This document shows, piece by piece, positions 16,994-26,596 of a DNA stretch of 64,000 nucleotides. Position 1 is the stretch's first letter, and the number at the start of each line of letters is the position of its first letter. The notes under the pieces are model-generated. The model saw only the letters and a list, made by a program, of their open reading frames with translations, was not told where the DNA came from and did not search any database. Position numbers and translations under genes: made by a program. Source of the DNA: Myxococcota bacterium (GTDB lineage: Bacteria; Myxococcota_A; UBA796; SXON01); assembly GCA_040386535.1 (NCBI GenBank), contig JAZKFH010000006.1, positions 35,980 through 99,979 on the forward strand. Direction: 5' to 3'.

Positions 16994-18846
16994 GCTTCCA
17001 CCCGGCGCAACGACGCGGCGAACCCCGTCGCGACGCGGCAGGCGAGGACGGTGTAGAGGAGGCCGGGCACGAGCACCTGCATCGCCATGTACCAGGGCGC
17101 GAAGAACAGGCGGAACAGGATGATGTGCATCCACAACCCGCACAGGGTCGTGCACACCGCGGCGCCGGCGAACCCGAACGAGAGCCGGGCCCAGCGCGCG
17201 GTGGGGGTGCCGTCGCGCCAGTCTTTTCTGCCGGAGACGCCGCCGGGGCCGCCGAGGAGGCCGCCGCGGGTCAGCCCGGCGAGCCATGCGAACGCCTCGC
17301 CGATGCCGATGGCGGTGCCGGTGTAGAGCAGATCGACGGGCGCGAACGAGCCGGTGGTGAACCCGCGCAGGAACCAGCCGGTGAGGACGGCGAGGGTGAG
17401 CGTGCCGACACGCGGCAGGAGCGTGATCAGGGTGGCGAGGAGCGTGTAGCGGCCGAGGTCGGAGAGCAGGCCGGTGACCAGCGACGAGAGCGGGCCGAGC
17501 AGGGCGCCGACGCCCATGGCGATGAGATCCGCGGCGGTGCCGACGAGGAACAGGGCGCTGCCGAACAGCGCGATGGTCATCAGCTCGCTGGTGGCGGCGG
17601 CGTCGAGCCAGCCGCGCAGGCGCCGGATGGTGAGGCCGGCCCCGCCGACAAAAGCGCCGAGCGACAGGGCGAAGCCGACGCTCGCGACGGCGTCGCCGCG
17701 GCGCACGTAGAGCGGGCGGGTGGTGGCGTGGAGCGGGGTGTCGCCGCCGATGGGGGTCACGGTGAGGCGGGCGTCGTAGGCGCCGGGGGTGACGACGGCG
17801 GTGTCGACGAACACGGGGAGCGCGGCGCGCGCGGTGCCGTGGGCGGGCACGCGGAGCAGGGCGGCGACGGTGCCGGTGTCGCCGTCGCCGGCGCGCAGGC
17901 GGGGGCGGAAGGCGGGGGCGGTGCCAGCGGGGTCGGGCGCGGCGGGGTCGTGGAGGGTGAGGGACACCTGGAGATCGACCGGGGTGTCGCCGTCATTGCG
18001 CAGGGTCACGCCCCACCACGCCCACGGGGCCACCTCGTCGCGGCGGCGCCCGCCGAGGCCGACCGCGCGGATGACGCGCTCCCACGCGGGCGAGGGCAGG
18101 CTGACACGCGAGGCGGGGCGGCCGAGATCGGGGGTGCCGTCGATCTCGGCGGGGAAGGCCTCGCCGGCGAGGGTGATCGTGGCGGCGAGCGTCGCGAGCG
18201 ACACGGGCGCGGGGACGAGGGTGAAGGTGGCGTCGCCGACGGTGACGGTGACCGGGGTGTCGCGTACGCGGACGGCGCGGATGACGCGGGCGCCGAGGGT
18301 GGGGAGGGGCAGGGTGTCGGGGGTGAGGGGGACGGCGCCGGCGGAGGCACCGGTGAGGGCGCTGGTTCTGGTGGGGGCCGCGTGCACGTCGAAGCCGACG
18401 CCGTCGGGTTTTCCGGGACCCCCGGTCACGCCCACGAGCACTTCGGCGCTGCCGCCCTCCACGAGCGGCACGGCGAGCGTGCCCGTGGCGGCGACCCAGG
18501 CGGCGCCGGGCTGGGGCTGGACCTCGACGGTGACGGGGCGGCGGGGCGCGACGGTGAACGGGGCGGTGGTGTCCGTGTCGCCCACGGTCACGACGACGGT
18601 GTAGGCGCCGGGGTCGAGCGGGGCGAGCACGTCGAGGGTGGCGGTGGGCGCGGGCGGGGTGCGGCGAACGAGCGGGACGCCGGCGGCGGAGCGGACCTCG
18701 ACGCGGGAGATGGGCGCGGAGGCCTCGACGCGGACGCCCGAGGGGGTGGGGGCGGCGGTGACGGTGAGGGGGGGTTGGGGGGCGCAGGCGGCGAGGAGGA
18801 GGAGGGCGAGGGTCGGGCGGACCGCGGTCGACCGATGCGGGACCAT
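16990..18846 (-). CDS. Lipoprotein with large extracytoplasmic beta-rich domain fused to a C-terminal ECF S-component-like membrane domain
   Basis: Lipobox LLLLAAC, then ~390 soluble residues, then ~7 hydrophobic helices (ELMTIALFGSALFLV...LLPRVGTLTL...). Coupled to ecfAA'T. Start codon uncertain. Confidence 0.75.
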   Translation of the reverse strand: MVPHRSTAVRPTLALLLLAACAPQPPLTVTAAPTPSGVRVEASAPISRVEVRSAAGVPLVRRTPPAPTATLDVLAPLDPGAYTVVVTVGDTDTTAPFTVAPRRPVTVEVQPQPGAAWVAATGTLAVPLVEGGSAEVLVGVTGGPGKPDGVGFDVHAAPTRTSALTGASAGAVPLTPDTLPLPTLGARVIRAVRVRDTPVTVTVGDATFTLVPAPVSLATLAATITLAGEAFPAEIDGTPDLGRPASRVSLPSPAWERVIRAVGLGGRRRDEVAPWAWWGVTLRNDGDTPVDLQVSLTLHDPAAPDPAGTAPAFRPRLRAGDGDTGTVAALLRVPAHGTARAALPVFVDTAVVTPGAYDARLTVTPIGGDTPLHATTRPLYVRRGDAVASVGFALSLGAFVGGAGLTIRRLRGWLDAAATSELMTIALFGSALFLVGTAADLIAMGVGALLGPLSSLVTGLLSDLGRYTLLATLITLLPRVGTLTLAVLTGWFLRGFTTGSFAPVDLLYTGTAIGIGEAFAWLAGLTRGGLLGGPGGVSGRKDWRDGTPTARWARLSFGFAGAAVCTTLCGLWMHIILFRLFFAPWYMAMQVLVPGLLYTVLACRVATGFAASLRRVEA

Positions 18847-18967
18847 CGGGCGACTGCGGTCCGTTGGGGAGGACCGCAGTGGGGCGATGCGGGGGCATCG
18901 GCGGACTCCGGTCCGCGGGGGAGGACGGGAGTCGGCCGATGCGGGGGCATCGGCGGACTCCGGTCCG
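18819..18967. repeat. Tandem array of 3 x 52-bp hairpin units
   Basis: GATGCGGG cores at 18834, 18886 and 18938. Each unit is GGAC...CGATG-6nt-CATCG...GGTCC. Confidence 0.85.
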
Positions 18968-19370
18968 TGAGGCGGGGAGCGCGTGTGGGGCGGGTGGACG
19001 CAGGGTCGCCCGCCGGCACCCACCTCCGCGCCACCGCCCACCTCCGGCACACCGTACACCTCCCGCACACCGCCCACCTCCAGCGCTCCGCCCGCGCCAG
19101 GGGCGCGGAGGGCAGCCGCCTCGGGCGGCTGGTCCGGCCGGGCGGCCGGGCGCTCCAAACGCGGCCCGGGTGCCGCTCCGCCCGGCCGACCGAGCGGCTC
19201 CGCCGCGAGCCCGGAGCGGACCCGCCCCCCCCTCACGCCTCGCTTTGCGCTCGGCTCCGGGGGCGGGCTTTGGGGCCTACCCGGCTTGCCGCCGGGTGCG
19301 CTCGCAGCGCTCGCGCCGGCCCCTCCGCGACGGCTTCGCCGTCCGTCCGCGCGGGGGCGCCCTCCCGCCG

Positions 19371-19453
19371 GGTGACAAGTCGTAAGGTCAGACCCCACTA
19401 CTGGATTCTCGGCGTTCGCCCGTTCCAGGTGATAAGTCGTAAGGTCAGACCCC
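19371..19453. repeat. Two 26-bp direct repeats separated by a 31-bp unique spacer
   Basis: GGTGA(C/T)AAGTCGTAAGGTCAGACCCC at 19371-19396 and 19428-19453. Confidence 0.85.
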
Positions 19454-19457
19454 CTCC

Positions 19458-20936
19458 TCACCGGAAGACGGTGACGCGGTACGCGCCCTTCACCTGGCCG
19501 TCCGCGCCGTACGCGGACTCGGCCACGGCGACGCGGCCGTCGGGGCCCCAGACGGGGCGGAAGTACGCGGGGCCCTCGGTGGCGCAGCTGGTGACCAGCG
19601 CGCCGGTAGCCCGGTCGAACAGCAGCGCGCCGTACAGGTCCGTGCGGCTGTCGGTCGAGCGTTCGGCCGCCGCCACGAGCAACGTGCCACCGTCGGGGCT
19701 GGGCACCACGCCCTGGACCGCGTGTTCGCCCGACCACGACCACTTGGTCACGCCGTCCGCGCCGACCGCGTGCAGGGTGTGCTGCGCGGGGTGCGCGGCG
19801 GGGGGGCGGGCCATCGGATCGGCGCTGCCCCAGGGGATGTTGGTGGAGGTGGTGAGGAAGTAGGCGGTGTCGTCCACCACGGTGCCGAAGCCCACGCCGG
19901 ACGCGATGGGGACGCCCTGGGAGAGCACGGGCACGCCGGGCGTGAGGGTGTGGAGCGGGGCGCCGGCGCCGTCGAAGAGGAACGCCCGCCCGTCACCCAG
20001 GCCCGCGAACGCGAGCGTGGGCGAGATGCCGGCCGCCTCCCACAAGAACACGTCGGTGAACAGCGGCGCGAGGACCGGGAACCGCGCCTCCCACAGGGGC
20101 GTGAGCGTGGTCAGGTCGAGGGCGATCACGCCGCCCACGGGCAGATCGGCGGGGTCGGGGCCGTCCGCAGAGCGGCTCACGCTCACGAGCGCGCGATCGC
20201 CGTTGACCGCGGGGTGGAGCAGGATCGCGTCGGCTGGGCCCGCGGCGGGGAAGGCGCCGCGCCGGGTGCCGTCGGGGGCGTAGCGGTAGATGCGGCCGCG
20301 GTTGCGACGCACACCGTCGGCCGGGGTCCACCCGTGCGAGGCGGTGACGAGCAGATCGCCGCCGGCGAGGAGCCGCAGCGCGAACACCGCGGGGAGCGAG
20401 TAGAGGCCGTAGACGTCGTCCCCGGGGGGCAACGCGCTGGTCTCCAGCTCGTCGGCGAAACGGGCGGCCCAGCGCGTGGTGAGCGTGGCGGAGTCGAGCG
20501 CGTACAGGTTCGCGTCGGGCGACTGTTCGCCCACGTAGAGCGTGCCGCCGTCGGGGCTCCACGCCACCTGCTTCACCGCGCCCTCGGCCAACTTCCGCTC
20601 GGCCCGCACGGCCCCGGTGGCGCCATTCACCACGCGGATCGAGCCGGCGTCGCTGCCGATGGCGAGCCACGCGCCGTCGGGCGAGAAGGCGAGCGCCGCG
20701 ACGGGGGCCGGCGCGCCCATCGCCGCGAGGCGGTCCATGTCCTCGAGCTCCACGTGGAACAACGGGACACACTCGGGCAACAGCGGCGCCACCGTCTGGT
20801 GGACCGTCTCGCCCGGGCGCCACGCCTTCGCTTCGAACACACCGTCCTTCACGACGCCGCCGCGGACGAAGTGCACCTCGCCCGTGGACACCGGGGCCGG
20901 CGCACAGGCAAAAAAGAACAGCAGGGTCAACGTCAT
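19458..20936 (-). CDS. WD40/PQQ-like beta-propeller lipoprotein
   Basis: Lipobox LLFFFAC. Blades ALAFSPDGAWLAIG, QVAWSPDGGTLYVG and VWGPDGRV. ATGA overlap with the upstream gene. Confidence 0.85.
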   Translation of the reverse strand: MTLTLLFFFACAPAPVSTGEVHFVRGGVVKDGVFEAKAWRPGETVHQTVAPLLPECVPLFHVELEDMDRLAAMGAPAPVAALAFSPDGAWLAIGSDAGSIRVVNGATGAVRAERKLAEGAVKQVAWSPDGGTLYVGEQSPDANLYALDSATLTTRWAARFADELETSALPPGDDVYGLYSLPAVFALRLLAGGDLLVTASHGWTPADGVRRNRGRIYRYAPDGTRRGAFPAAGPADAILLHPAVNGDRALVSVSRSADGPDPADLPVGGVIALDLTTLTPLWEARFPVLAPLFTDVFLWEAAGISPTLAFAGLGDGRAFLFDGAGAPLHTLTPGVPVLSQGVPIASGVGFGTVVDDTAYFLTTSTNIPWGSADPMARPPAAHPAQHTLHAVGADGVTKWSWSGEHAVQGVVPSPDGGTLLVAAAERSTDSRTDLYGALLFDRATGALVTSCATEGPAYFRPVWGPDGRVAVAESAYGADGQVKGAYRVTVFR

Positions 20937-21235
20937 TCCACCGCCCATGCGTCGTAATAATCCGAGCAGGTGCCCCCCTCGACGAGGGCCCGCCGGTCGG
21001 CGCAGGTGTCGGCCTGGCCGAGCTCGCGGAGCTCCCACGAGAAGGTGTCGCACCAGTTGTCGTAGTCGGCCGCGCTCTCGTAGCCGACCGACGCCCCCCA
21101 CGTGAGGCCGCCCTCCTCCAGGCACCCCTCGAAACGATCGCGCGCCGAGCTGCACATCTCGGCGCAGACGTCGGGCGCGGTGCAACCGCCGGGGAGCAGG
21201 GCGAAGAGGAGCACGAGGAGGGCGGCGCGGCTCAC
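20933..21235 (-). CDS. Small Cys-rich lipoprotein
   Basis: GTG overlaps the upstream stop. LLFALLPGGC signal peptide plus six further Cys. Confidence 0.75.
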   Translation of the reverse strand: MSRAALLVLLFALLPGGCTAPDVCAEMCSSARDRFEGCLEEGGLTWGASVGYESAADYDNWCDTFSWELRELGQADTCADRRALVEGGTCSDYYDAWAVE

Positions 21236-22413
21236 GGCGAGACGGCCAGCGAGTACGGAGGGAACGCCGTCGCGACCGGCGCGGTCGACGTGCACGTGGC
21301 CGGATCCCACGCCACGAGGCCCTCCACGACGGGATCGCCGTTGCCCGCGTACCCGGCGCGGTAGCTCACCCACACCTTGCCGTCGGGCGTCGTCACCGCG
21401 TCGCCGATGAACGAGTCCACCACGTCGGTCGGGGTGGCCGTCCACGTCGTGAGATCGAGGCAGTAGATGCCCCACGAGTACGCGTTGTCCCCGACGAGGA
21501 TGGCCTTGCCACCGGCGCCACCGGCGATCGTGCCGATGTTGTAGCCGAACGCCTCCTCGGTCAGGTGCGGCGCGGAGATGGTGTCCGTGGCGGGATCGAA
21601 GGTGTACACGGCCCCGTCGAGCTTGGCGCTGTAGTCGGCGTTGTAGTAGTCGCCGGTGCGGAGCAGGTACTTGCCCGGCTCCACGGGGTGCGGCATCAGC
21701 CCGGGGTTGGGGCCCGTGGTCCACTCCCCGACCACCTCGAGCGTGTCACAGCTCACGCGCACCACCGTGCCGGTGCCGTCCGCGCTGGTCCACGGGTAGT
21801 TGGACGTGTCGAGCTGGTTGAGCGTCACGAACAGGTCCCCGTCGATTCCGCGCAGGATCGCGTCGGCCTCGGGCGAGCCGTCGGCGTCGCTCCAGGCGGA
21901 CAGGTCGATGGTGCCCCGCGCGAGGCCGGTGCCCGCGTCCCAGAGGCCCAGCGAGTCGGTCGCGAGCGTGGAGACGACGATCACGTCGCCGCAGAGGGCC
22001 GCGTCCTGAGGGTTGGTGCTGTCCCCGGTGCTGAACTCGACGAGCGGCGCCGACCAGTCGCCCGCCGCGTACATGCGGATCGTGTTCTCGGACGAGCGGT
22101 CGAGCAGGAACACGTAGTCGCCGTCGCTCTCGACGACGGGGTCGGACGAGGTGGGCAGGATCGCGTCGGTCGCGACGCCGGCGGCGCTCACCGCGGCCAG
22201 CTGCCCGGTCGAGTAGTCGGACGCGACGGTGGCGACCACGAGGGTGTAGTCGCGGGGCACGTCGGTGTCGGTGTCCGTATCCGTGTCGGTGTCGGAATCC
22301 GTGTCCGTGTCGGTATCCGTGTCGGTGTCGGTGTCCGCGTCGGCGGCGGTGTCCCCGCCGGCGTCGTCGACCTTGGGCTCACACGCGAGGAGGAACAGGG
22401 CAATGAGGGTCAT
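21232..22413 (-). CDS. Beta-propeller surface lipoprotein with (DT)n linker; candidate BtuG-like cobalamin-capture protein
   Basis: Lipobox LFLLAC, DTDTDT tract and NPQD-type blades. Lies directly after the TonB receptor in the B12 operon. Confidence 0.75.
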   Translation of the reverse strand: MTLIALFLLACEPKVDDAGGDTAADADTDTDTDTDTDTDSDTDTDTDTDTDVPRDYTLVVATVASDYSTGQLAAVSAAGVATDAILPTSSDPVVESDGDYVFLLDRSSENTIRMYAAGDWSAPLVEFSTGDSTNPQDAALCGDVIVVSTLATDSLGLWDAGTGLARGTIDLSAWSDADGSPEADAILRGIDGDLFVTLNQLDTSNYPWTSADGTGTVVRVSCDTLEVVGEWTTGPNPGLMPHPVEPGKYLLRTGDYYNADYSAKLDGAVYTFDPATDTISAPHLTEEAFGYNIGTIAGGAGGKAILVGDNAYSWGIYCLDLTTWTATPTDVVDSFIGDAVTTPDGKVWVSYRAGYAGNGDPVVEGLVAWDPATCTSTAPVATAFPPYSLAVSP

Positions 22414-24509
22414 GGGGTGCTCCGTAGGGTGCCAGAATCGGTCGTGGCAGATTTGGTTCGGTCGGTCCAGGTCACCGCGATCATCACGGTGCGCCCGGGC
22501 AGGGGGTAGCCGGCAAAGTCGGTCAGGGGGCGGACGATCGTGGTGTCGTCGTCGTCCGAGAGGGGGTTGCGGTCCACAGCGGTGCCGCGCACGTCGAACG
22601 CGTTGAGCAGCTCGGCGCGCACGGTGGGGAGGCCGGGCACGGGGGTGACATCCACCGCGAAGGAGTGCAGGTCCCGTGGCGCGGTGAAGCCGATGTTGGC
22701 GGTGTCGGTGTAGGTGAGGCCGGTGTAGGACCACGTGTGGGACAGGCCCACGAGCGAGGTGCCGCCGCGCCCGGGCAGGCGCACCGTCGTCTCCTGGTTC
22801 AGCTCGACGTCGGGGATGCCGGGCAGCGCCTTGTTTGCGTACGCCTCGTCGGGGAGCAGATTTCGTGTCAACGTCCACGTGACGTTGCTACGCGAGCTGA
22901 CCCACGGCCCCACCGACAGCGCCAGCGCGCCCTCGGTGCTGCGCACGTAGGCCTCGCCCACGTTGACCGCGATGGACGTGAATTGGGAGTTCTGCACCCA
23001 CGCGATGAGGTTGTGCACCCGGCGGCGCGAGTACGCCAGATCGACCGAGCCCTGCACGAGCCCCTCCCAGGGCGCCTCGGCGCGGAGGCCGAACTCCCAG
23101 GCCTCGCCGGTCTCCGCGGCCAGCTCGTGGTTGCCCTTGAGCGTGCCGTGGTCGCCGAACAGCTCGGTCAAATCGGGCGCGCGCAGGTACATCCCCGCGG
23201 TGCCCTTGAGCGCCAACCAGGGCCACGGGCGCACGAGCGCGCCGATGCGCGGGGTGGGCCACGCCTTCACCGTGGCGTCGGGCACGGGCACGCCCTCCCA
23301 CGGCATCGTTCCGAGCGCGCGATCGTCGAGCACCTCGGCCTGGAGCGCCGGCGAGAGCGTGATCCGGTCGCGCCACAGCCGCACGTCCGCGCCGACAGCG
23401 GCCAGCCCTCCGTTTCGGAGCCGCTCGCCGTCGCCCTGGTCCAACAGAAGGTCGTAAGGCGCGTAGCGCTCGTGCCGGGCGCGCAGGACCGCCGTGCCCG
23501 TCACCCACGGCGCCGGCCCCCAGACAAAACTCGTCTGGGCCCCCACGGTGTGCGACTGGTCGCGCGTGTGTTGGCTCCCGGTCCCGATCTCACCCGCGCG
23601 GTCGTCCAACGTCTCCTGCCGCGCCAGCCACCACGCTTGCGGGATCACGCGCACCGTCGGCCCCGGCGTCAGATCCGCCGTCGCGGTGAGCAGATTGCGC
23701 AGCCCCCCGATGTTCGCCTGGGTGGCGCCCGACGAGATCGGCCCCGGCAGCTCCTGGTGGCTGCCCACGAAGCTGTCCAACAGCGTGAAGCGGGCGTTCG
23801 GCGGGCCGAAGCGCACGCGGCCGAGCAAACTCGCGCGGTCGATCGCGTTGTTCACGCGGGTGAGCGTGCGGTCGTCGAGCAGGTTGTACTCGGTGCCCTG
23901 GTCGTCGAAGTAGCGGAAGTCGCCTTCGGTGTGGAGCTGGTCGACCGCGAGGAGCGTGTCCACCGCGCCGCTCCCTTCCCCGACCCGCGGCGCCACCGTC
24001 GCGGAGACCCCGACCGTGCCGAACGATCCGAAGCGCACGCCGCCGGACGTCGGCACGTCGCCGGTGGGCGTCACGAGGTTGAGCACCCCGCCGATCGCGC
24101 CCGAGCCGAACGCGACCGGCGCGAGCCCGCGGTACAGATCGACCCGCGAGAACGCGCTGACCGGCAGCTCGGAGAGGTTCACCGCGGCCGCCCCGTCGGG
24201 GTTGAGCGGCACGCCGTCCAGGTAGATCTCGACCTGCCGGAACGTCGATCCCCGCAGGCTCACCGCCGCGAAGTCCCCCAGGCCGCCCAGCCGCCGCACC
24301 GTGGTCCCCGACGCCGTGTCGACCACCGACGCGAGGTCCTGCCCCGGCGCAAGCTCCGGTCCCAGCGGCAATACCGTGAGCGACGCGGCCGTGCTGCCCG
24401 GCTGCGGCCCACGCGACGGCGCCACGGTCAGCTCCTCACCCGCCACGGCGGCGGGCACGACGCCGGTGAGGGCGACGAGGAGGGCGGTGGTGGCGGGGAA
24501 TAGGAGCAG
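22410..24509 (-). CDS. btuB: TonB-dependent receptor, BtuB-like
   Basis: Plug motifs (SLRGS...VEIYLDGVPLN; RVDLYRG...GAIGGVLNLVT), RAPDLTELF, and terminal YPLPGRTV. Lies downstream of a B12 riboswitch. CTG start at 24509 is inferred; the first GTG is at 24458. Confidence 0.85.
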   Translation of the reverse strand: MLLFPATTALLVALTGVVPAAVAGEELTVAPSRGPQPGSTAASLTVLPLGPELAPGQDLASVVDTASGTTVRRLGGLGDFAAVSLRGSTFRQVEIYLDGVPLNPDGAAAVNLSELPVSAFSRVDLYRGLAPVAFGSGAIGGVLNLVTPTGDVPTSGGVRFGSFGTVGVSATVAPRVGEGSGAVDTLLAVDQLHTEGDFRYFDDQGTEYNLLDDRTLTRVNNAIDRASLLGRVRFGPPNARFTLLDSFVGSHQELPGPISSGATQANIGGLRNLLTATADLTPGPTVRVIPQAWWLARQETLDDRAGEIGTGSQHTRDQSHTVGAQTSFVWGPAPWVTGTAVLRARHERYAPYDLLLDQGDGERLRNGGLAAVGADVRLWRDRITLSPALQAEVLDDRALGTMPWEGVPVPDATVKAWPTPRIGALVRPWPWLALKGTAGMYLRAPDLTELFGDHGTLKGNHELAAETGEAWEFGLRAEAPWEGLVQGSVDLAYSRRRVHNLIAWVQNSQFTSIAVNVGEAYVRSTEGALALSVGPWVSSRSNVTWTLTRNLLPDEAYANKALPGIPDVELNQETTVRLPGRGGTSLVGLSHTWSYTGLTYTDTANIGFTAPRDLHSFAVDVTPVPGLPTVRAELLNAFDVRGTAVDRNPLSDDDDTTIVRPLTDFAGYPLPGRTVMIAVTWTDRTKSATTDSGTLRSTP

Positions 24510-24614
24510 TTCGGGCCTCCCGTCAACGGGGGGAGGAGCGAACGCACGCCCAATCTCAACGAAAAAGAACGTACGCCGAGCCCTTCATCCCCGAAAGACG
24601 GCGTGCGTGACGTA

Positions 24615-24785
24615 CAGGCCGGTCTCCTGACTTCCCGGATCGACCGCCCCTCCGCGCCTTCCCACCCCCTCCTGACGGCGGGGAGCAGTGGCGATTTGCG
24701 GAGGAGCGTCCTCGGTTACAGTGGCGGGGGCCGTGCCGGTCTACACCGGACTTCCCGTTTCACCCCTCGCGGGGCACCTGGACGT
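24615..24785 (-). ncRNA. Cobalamin (AdoCbl) riboswitch
   Basis: Minus strand reads AGGTGCC...AAACGGGAAGTCCGGTGTAGACCGGCACGGCCCCCGCCACTGTAA...GCCACTG...TGGGAAGG...AAGTCAGGAGACCGGCCT (B12 box). Confidence 0.95.
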
Positions 24786-25050
24786 CGTTGAGCTGGGAAA
24801 GAGCCCGGCCCGTGTACTCGGGTGCGGTCGGGGCTGTCAAGCGATGGATGCGACGGGGAGGGCACGATCGCGTGGTTCGGTAGGGCGCCCCGGGTCCGCG
24901 CGGACGCGGCCGCGTCGGTCCCCTCCAGTCGAGCGGCGGGGCCGCTCGGTCCCGCCGAGGCGGCGGGGACCGGCCGCCCGAGGCGGGCGGCCGACTTGCG
25001 GGCACCTGGCGCGGGGGGGGCGCGTTGGCGCGTTGGCGTGCTTGTGGGCG

Positions 25051-25428
25051 TCAGCGCCTCGTCGCGCTCCCGCTGCGGGGGAGGCGCACCGTCGCTCCCG
25101 TTCGGGTCCCGGCGCCGGACCGGAAGCTCGCGTCCATACATCCAGGCCGCGCGCGGATGTCACGCCAGTAGGCCTCGCGGGCGTCCTCGTCGATGGCGAC
25201 CACCGCGCCGTAGAGAGTGTCCGTGCCGTCGCGCTGGGGCCCGCTGATCCAGCACGTTTCGCCCGCCTCGTTGACACAGTTGTACTTGTAGCCGTCGGAC
25301 ACCTTGGTGAAGAGGTGGCCGCCGTATCGGTAGGAGCGTGACGTCCGGGTCATCTCCACCCATCCGATACGGGGTTCGCCTTCCCCGCCTTTTTCTTCGA
25401 TGTACATGATGCGGCGCATGGAGATCAC
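25051..25428 (-). CDS. Conserved small hypothetical protein
   Basis: IMYIE.K...RIGWV...WISGP.RDG.D.LY...IDEDA..AYW..IR pattern of a widespread uncharacterised family. Confidence 0.75.
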   Translation of the reverse strand: MISMRRIMYIEEKGGEGEPRIGWVEMTRTSRSYRYGGHLFTKVSDGYKYNCVNEAGETCWISGPQRDGTDTLYGAVVAIDEDAREAYWRDIRARPGCMDASFRSGAGTRTGATVRLPRSGSATRR

Positions 25429-26156
25429 CCTCCGCCCGGCCGGCGGCGACCGCCCACGTAGGTGATGACATCAGGGGTCGACAGGGCCTCGTCGAGGACG
25501 GTGGCCGTGTACGGCAGCCGGGCAGCCTCCAACAGATATTGCACCGTAGGCAGGCTTCCCCCACGCACCGCCATCCCGACCAACCTGGTCGTCCGACACC
25601 CTCGCGCAATCGCCTCTGCCACGAGGTCCGTTCTCCCCGCCTTCGCGAGCAGCTCCGGAAGGGTGGCGCTCTGCGCAGAGGTCGGCGCATCGACTCCGTA
25701 TCGTAGCATCCAGGCGTCGATCTCGGCTGGGTTTCCGTGCCGGGCAAGCTCCAACTCCGGAACCACAAGCTCCGGTGGCGGTAACCAGAGCCTCGCCAGG
25801 AACGCGTCCAGATCCGGGTCGATGAGCTCCATCTCGTCGGGCGTCGCGCCCCACTTCATTTCTGGCGTCCAGCGGAATACCCCTCTTCCAACCAGCGAGA
25901 GCACGTAGACCTCCCCACTGACCCGTCCGACCGCGAGCAGGCCCTCCGTAAGGCTCACGGGAGACGCGCGCAGTCGTTCCAGCACCTCTCGCGGTTGCCA
26001 AAATATCAGTTCGGAGGTCGATCCATCCCGCTCACGAAACAAGCGGGAGTCTCCCAGGGTCGGGAACGAACGCAGCAACTCCACGTACTTCATCGGAAGG
26101 CCCGGGACGCTCCCTGAGAGTTCCGCAATGTCGTCGTCGAGCGCAGCCATGGTCAT
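25425..26156 (-). CDS. SMI1/KNR4 (SUKH)-like immunity protein with ankyrin-like C-terminus
   Basis: LP..YVELLR, LLAVG..SGEVYVLSL...GVFRW, IDPDLDAFLARL; C-terminal AVRGGSLPTVQYLLE. Codon usage is less GC-biased. Confidence 0.65.
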   Translation of the reverse strand: MTMAALDDDIAELSGSVPGLPMKYVELLRSFPTLGDSRLFRERDGSTSELIFWQPREVLERLRASPVSLTEGLLAVGRVSGEVYVLSLVGRGVFRWTPEMKWGATPDEMELIDPDLDAFLARLWLPPPELVVPELELARHGNPAEIDAWMLRYGVDAPTSAQSATLPELLAKAGRTDLVAEAIARGCRTTRLVGMAVRGGSLPTVQYLLEAARLPYTATVLDEALSTPDVITYVGGRRRPGGG

Positions 26157-26214
26157 CCCGGCAGAGGTGGGGAGGGTAACCCTCCGGCGGGCAAGGACGC
26201 GGCTCCCCACCGCT

Positions 26215-26389
26215 CGCGTCATCTTGGGGGGTAGATACTTTATCTGAGGCCCGAGATGACGCGTTTTGGGCTCGCCGGCGTCATCCTGGGGGGGAGATAC
26301 CCGTATCTGGGGCCCGAGATGACGCGTTTTGGGCCCCACACGCGTCATCTTGGAGGGGAGATACTCTATCTGGGGGCCAAGATGACGCG
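26215..26389. repeat. Tandem array of 3 palindromic units (62-64 bp period)
   Basis: GCGTCATC(T/C)TGG-N-AGATA-N-TATCT-N-CC(A/G)AGATGACGCG at 26216, 26278 and 26342. Confidence 0.9.
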
Positions 26390-26395
26390 GCGGGG

Positions 26396-26492
26396 GCGTC
26401 GTGTCTGGGGACTTCGCCTCCACCACGACTCGCTGGGCGTCGTCTCTGGGAACGTCGCCTCCACCACGACTCGCTGGGCGTCGTCGTTGGGG
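26396..26492. repeat. ~39-bp tandem repeat (2.5 copies)
   Basis: tcgcctccaccacgactcgctgggcgtcgtc repeated. Confidence 0.75.
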
Positions 26493-26596
26493 ACGGTCGC
26501 CGCGACCGCCGCCGTGAACATGCGCGGCCCCCGCAGACCTCGTGCCAATGTCGTGCAAACCGCCCCCCACGCCGCGGCGCCGCCTACATTGCCTCC

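Noticed and set aside
19371..19453. Mini-CRISPR (repeat-spacer-repeat)
   Set aside because: Only two repeats, not palindromic, with no leader or cas gene; kept as a plain direct repeat.
22262..22345. (DT)n tract as a contingency locus
   Set aside because: An in-frame 6-bp repeat with synonymous variation; an ordinary acidic linker in lipoproteins of this kind.
25051..25428. DXP synthase label sometimes attached to this small family
   Set aside because: Far too short and lacks ThDP-binding motifs.
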